Of a stretch of 41,467 nt of DNA, positions 37,847-41,467 are shown in pieces. Source of the DNA: Desulfobacterales bacterium S7086C20 (GTDB taxonomy: Bacteria > Desulfobacterota > Desulfobacteria > Desulfobacterales > C00003060). The DNA is taken from NCBI GenBank assembly GCA_001751075.1, contig MAVP01000003.1:1-41467 (forward strand). Reading direction: 5' to 3'. The position numbers and the translations under genes were made by a program. How positions within the stretch are numbered: position 1 is the first letter of the stretch; each line of letters opens with the position of its first letter. Below the pieces are notes generated by a model, which was not told where the DNA came from, did not search any database, and saw only the letters and a program-made list of their open reading frames with translations.

Positions 37847-38010
37847 GAGACCTTTGCAAAACGCCCCTTTTTGCCCGATTGAGCGCTATGCTTCACTTCG
37901 TGTCTGTGTCAGGCTCAAATTTTAATCCTCGAAATACTCAATGTATTCCTGTGGTTAAAATTTTCGCCTTTCTTGAACTCTAACAAAAATTTGCATTTTT
38001 CAAAGGTCTC
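37847..38010. mobile_element. MITE family B core with different (IS5-like) TIRs and a GCCTT duplication
   Basis: GCCTT-GAGACCTTTGCAAAA ... TTTTTCAAAGGTCTC-GCCTT; core shared with 30328-30469. Confidence 0.8.
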
Positions 38011-38027
38011 GCCTTGAAAGCCCTTGT

Positions 38028-38858
38028 CTATTTTGCGTTGGCCGTAAAAAGCTGTTTTCCCAGTAGCCTGAAATCAGCAATGACTTTTTGGATCTTAGTT
38101 GACGTGATCCAACCCGCAAACTTCGTGGCCAGATCGTACTTGACCGATTTGCAGTGCTTTGGGTTCACTGCCAAAACACTGTACTGATTGAAAAGGGAGG
38201 CATCTCCATCTACCAGTATCTTCAACGGAGGGTTCCCCTTCTTGTTGGCCTCGTATTTGATGTACGTGCCGCGATCCGTCATGGTGTAGCCGTCGCGTTC
38301 CTCAGCCACCAGGATAGTCTTTATCATGCCCTGGCCGGTTTGTACATACCAGCCCGCCTTGTCAGGAACCGCCAAACCCGCCTTCTGCCACAGGGAGATC
38401 TCCTTTTTGTTGGTCCCTGAATTATCTCCACGGCTGGCAAAAACGGCTTCGGCCTTGGCAATAGTCTTCATGGCATCGCACACCTTCATGCCTTTAACCT
38501 TGGCAGGATCATGGGGAGGACCTATGATGATGAAATCGTTGTACATCACCTCTTTACGGTCCACGCCGTATCCCTTGGCTACGTAAGCTTTTTCAGCGGC
38601 GGGAGCATGGACAAGCAGAACATCTACATCACAGTTTTCCCCCATTTTCAGAGCCTTGCCGGTACCTACGGCCGTCCATTTCAGTTCGATGCCCGTGTCT
38701 TTTTTGAATATGGGCGCCAGTTCGTCCAAAAGACCCGTGTTGTCCGTACTCGTGGTGGTGGCCATCATTAGACTCTCCGCCAAAACCGGAAAGGGAAACA
38801 CAACGAATACAACAAACAAAAAAATACATACCGGTACCACAATTCTTCTCATTATCAT
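38028..38858 (-). CDS. tupA: Tungstate ABC transporter substrate-binding protein
   Basis: ATTTSTDNTGLL, GTGKAL, VHAP, SRGDNSGT, DRGTY; signal peptide; AGGAGG RBS (start 38858 or 38852). Confidence 0.88.
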   Translation of the reverse strand: MIMRRIVVPVCIFLFVVFVVFPFPVLAESLMMATTTSTDNTGLLDELAPIFKKDTGIELKWTAVGTGKALKMGENCDVDVLLVHAPAAEKAYVAKGYGVDRKEVMYNDFIIIGPPHDPAKVKGMKVCDAMKTIAKAEAVFASRGDNSGTNKKEISLWQKAGLAVPDKAGWYVQTGQGMIKTILVAEERDGYTMTDRGTYIKYEANKKGNPPLKILVDGDASLFNQYSVLAVNPKHCKSVKYDLATKFAGWITSTKIQKVIADFRLLGKQLFTANAK

Positions 38859-39124
38859 ATCTCCTCCTTTGTTTCGCTTTTCCCGTCCGTAATCAGCATG
38901 GTGCAATCCGGATGAACCAAACAGCCGGATATGCCATGCCTGACCTATATGTCGCACTTAGCATAATACATGGGCTGTGTCAACAATAAATTGTATGTCG
39001 CTCGGGGAAAAAGTAGCATATGTGGTATGTTTTTCTTGACGAGCTGGGATCCCTTTGGTATAAAGCCGGGGCTTTGGTTGTTCACGCGCCAAAATTCCTG
39101 AAAGAGATCAATGAGGGAGGATTT

Positions 39125-40039
39125 ATGAAGACTATTGCTATTGCGAATCAGAAAGGCGGATGCGGTAAGACGACGACGGCTATTAACTTATCATCATGTT
39201 TGGTGCAAAGGGGGCAGAAGGTCCTGCTCATTGATTGCGATCCTCAGGCACATGCCAGTATGGGGCTGGGCGTGGATCCCGAGCATAAACGGAGTATGTA
39301 TAGTGTTATGACACCACGGGAGAGCGAACGCTTGGCAATCGAGAACATTGTAATACCTATCAAGGAAAACTTTGATCTAGCGCCCTCCAATGTAACACTG
39401 AGTGCCGTGGAACAGGAGTTTGCCAGCCTGGAAGGCAGGGAGAGTAAGCTTGCCCAGGTTATTGACACACTGGAGGATTCTTATGACTATGTCATAATAG
39501 ATTGTCCTCCGAGCATTGGACATCTTTGTTTCAATGCCCTTAGGGCTTCTGGAGAAGTGATCATACCAATCGACATGAGCCTTTTTTCCCTTCGCGGAGT
39601 TGCGAGGCTCTCAGAGCTTGTTATGCTGCTCAAGGACCAGTGTGGCCATAAGACAAAACCCCGTGCCCTTGTCACCATGTATGATTACAGGACTCGATAT
39701 TCCAGCCATGTCCTGGAGAAGGTCAAGGAGCAATTCGGAGACGGGGTATTTGATACGGTCATCCGTTACAATATCCGTCTTAGAGAGACGGTGGACCATG
39801 GACTACCGGTGGGAGACTATGACAAGCACGCCATCGGCTACAAGGACTATGACAGACTAGCGAAGGAAATTATTACCTCACAGGTTGATACGATGGCGGA
39901 TGTTGCAAGTGTATTGAGTAGTGCAGACGAACTCTGGCACAGGCCGGATAATCATTTCGATGCCGTTGTTGAAGCCTCCATCTTGGAAGAGAACACCTCT
40001 GAGGCCGAAGACGCCTCTGACACCGGCTATACAATATAG
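39125..40039 (+). CDS. ParA/Soj-family ATPase with an acidic tail
   Basis: NQKGGCGKTTT, IDCDPQ, IDCPPS; GGAGG RBS before ATG 39125. Confidence 0.9.
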   Translation: MKTIAIANQKGGCGKTTTAINLSSCLVQRGQKVLLIDCDPQAHASMGLGVDPEHKRSMYSVMTPRESERLAIENIVIPIKENFDLAPSNVTLSAVEQEFASLEGRESKLAQVIDTLEDSYDYVIIDCPPSIGHLCFNALRASGEVIIPIDMSLFSLRGVARLSELVMLLKDQCGHKTKPRALVTMYDYRTRYSSHVLEKVKEQFGDGVFDTVIRYNIRLRETVDHGLPVGDYDKHAIGYKDYDRLAKEIITSQVDTMADVASVLSSADELWHRPDNHFDAVVEASILEENTSEAEDASDTGYTI

Positions 40040-40090
40040 TAGTGTTGTCCCCGGATGGCGGGAAGAATATTTGTGTCGGGGCAGTTTCGT

Positions 40091-40849
40091 CTATTTCAGA
40101 TATCGGCTTCTCAGCTTGACAAACTCATCATATTCTTCAGCAGACGTTTCACGATCAATTGAGTCCTCCCGGTCTGCCGTGGGCTGAACGCATGAGGTTT
40201 GAGGGGAGGTTTCGTCTGCCCTGGGCTGCTCGGAGCATATGGGTGTTACGGGTTCGAAGTGAACCACAGGCTTTCCAAGGTCTTCGACCTGGAAGATACG
40301 GTACTTAACCAGGTGAACTTTCAGCGCCGGATCCCAGTGGCCCATAATGCGATGTACGGACTTTGAAAAGCGACTTGAGAAGAGAAACATCTTCATTTCG
40401 CTGCTCGTGTTCATGATCGCTCCGTTTACCGAGATCAATTCCTTTGCCCACAAGTAGTAGGCGAGTGACTCAACAAGAAAGGCTTCGCTGTCTTGTTCAC
40501 TGTTGAGTCTGGCCACGGTGACACAGTCTCTCGACTTGCTGGTAAAGGCTACATCCGATGAGCCAAATTCAGACGAGACAATCCTTTCTAGGTGAACAAC
40601 CTCCGGGTTGCCCTGAGAGTGAAGCAGGAAATCACCGGCCGCACGGATCAAGTCTTCCCGCGGGGCTTTTGCCGTAATGACCTCAGAAGCAATTCTCAAC
40701 ATCCCTGTGTCTCCTCGATAGAAGGTGGGTTCCGTTTTCCCGGCGCCCGATAATTGGCAAGACGTTGTTGCCCCTTCATCAACCGTTTTGTAGGCGGAAA
40801 GGAAATGATGAGCAACCCGGTCTATTCCATAAGGCTTCTTTTTTAACAT
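40091..40849 (-). CDS. Hypothetical protein
   Basis: 252-aa ORF filling the gap; no motif recognised. Confidence 0.6.
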   Translation of the reverse strand: MLKKKPYGIDRVAHHFLSAYKTVDEGATTSCQLSGAGKTEPTFYRGDTGMLRIASEVITAKAPREDLIRAAGDFLLHSQGNPEVVHLERIVSSEFGSSDVAFTSKSRDCVTVARLNSEQDSEAFLVESLAYYLWAKELISVNGAIMNTSSEMKMFLFSSRFSKSVHRIMGHWDPALKVHLVKYRIFQVEDLGKPVVHFEPVTPICSEQPRADETSPQTSCVQPTADREDSIDRETSAEEYDEFVKLRSRYLK

Positions 40850-41002
40850 TTAAAACCCTGTGGCGCCAGCAGTGGGCGGCCCATCTCTTCAAAAAGATAA
40901 GCAAAGGCTCAGTTCAACTACATATGGAAACGCGAGAAACATTGTGCACAAGATGTCGTGGCTGTCAAGGAGAAAACAGAATGGATGAGGTGAACTCGGC
41001 TC

Positions 41003-41467
41003 TTACAATGCGCGGCCAAGCTCATCCGCCTCGGCTAATGCATGAAAGAGGGTTCTGGGCGACTTCGCATCGCCTATGATATGGACCTCAATGGCGGCTT
41101 CTTTAAACAATCCCAATGCCTGTCTATTCGGGCGCATTCCTTCTGAAAGCACGATATCGGTTATCATCTCTAATGTCTCAACTTGCCCTTTTAAAAGGAG
41201 CCTGATGCCATTTCCCAAAAACTCCTTGATAGTGGCACGTCTCATGAGCTGAACACCCGGCCGTTTCATCCTTTCCATCAAATAGGTTCTATCGTTTGGC
41301 GCCATCTCTTTTGCAAAGTGATCGCCACGATGCAAAACAAAGACCTCTTTTCCCGCCTCTGCAAGGAAGTCTGCTACCTGAAGGGCTGCCATATTCCCTC
41401 CAAGGACTACAACCCTATTGCCTGGGGTCGAATCGGATTGGAGTATATCGGTAATTGTATGAAGAAT
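41003..41467 (-). CDS. C-terminal part of an FAD-dependent (NADH:flavin oxidoreductase-like) enzyme; 5' end outside the window
   Basis: RVVVLGGNMAALQVADFLA, GMRPN, IIGDAKSPR; frame is open to the window end. Confidence 0.8.
   Translation of the reverse strand: MLHTITDILQSDSTPGNRVVVLGGNMAALQVADFLAEAGKEVFVLHRGDHFAKEMAPNDRTYLMERMKRPGVQLMRRATIKEFLGNGIRLLLKGQVETLEMITDIVLSEGMRPNRQALGLFKEAAIEVHIIGDAKSPRTLFHALAEADELGRAL

Noticed and set aside
38940-39005. Two TATGTCGC copies upstream of tupA as a ModE/TunR-type operator
   Set aside because: Short, not a clear palindrome, and not matchable to a known motif without a search
1-41467. CRISPR array, prophage, integrase or transposase genes
   Set aside because: No regularly spaced repeats and no such ORFs recognised

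Overview
Bacterial chromosomal window. Gene content and repeat types suggest a sulfate-reducing Desulfobacterota-like organism (inference). Most of it is housekeeping: mltD-like, tRNA-Arg, queCED, rhomboid, UvrD-like, PBP, dnaJ, TPM/LemA, hypE, ppiD, hypA, tRNA-Val, pgsA-like, leuA with a leader-peptide attenuator, M24 peptidase, tupA and ParA. The outstanding feature is a 13-kb co-directional alpha-glucan cluster (16597-29579). It encodes homologues of BOTH plant starch-phosphorylating enzymes, back to back with overlapping stop/start codons: glucan water dikinase (GWD, with a CBM45-like N-terminus) and phosphoglucan water dikinase (PWD, fused to a metal-binding TIM barrel). These are followed by a second TIM-barrel protein, a GH13, DUF4912, a GH57 branching enzyme and a KVGGL (SSIII/SSIV/GlgA2-type) glucan synthase. 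Together they look like a prokaryotic starch-like glucan phosphorylation system. The window also contains a relic integron attC hit by a group IIC intron fragment, two families of miniature inverted-repeat elements and a receiver-domain remnant. All family calls come from motifs recognised by eye; no searches were run.
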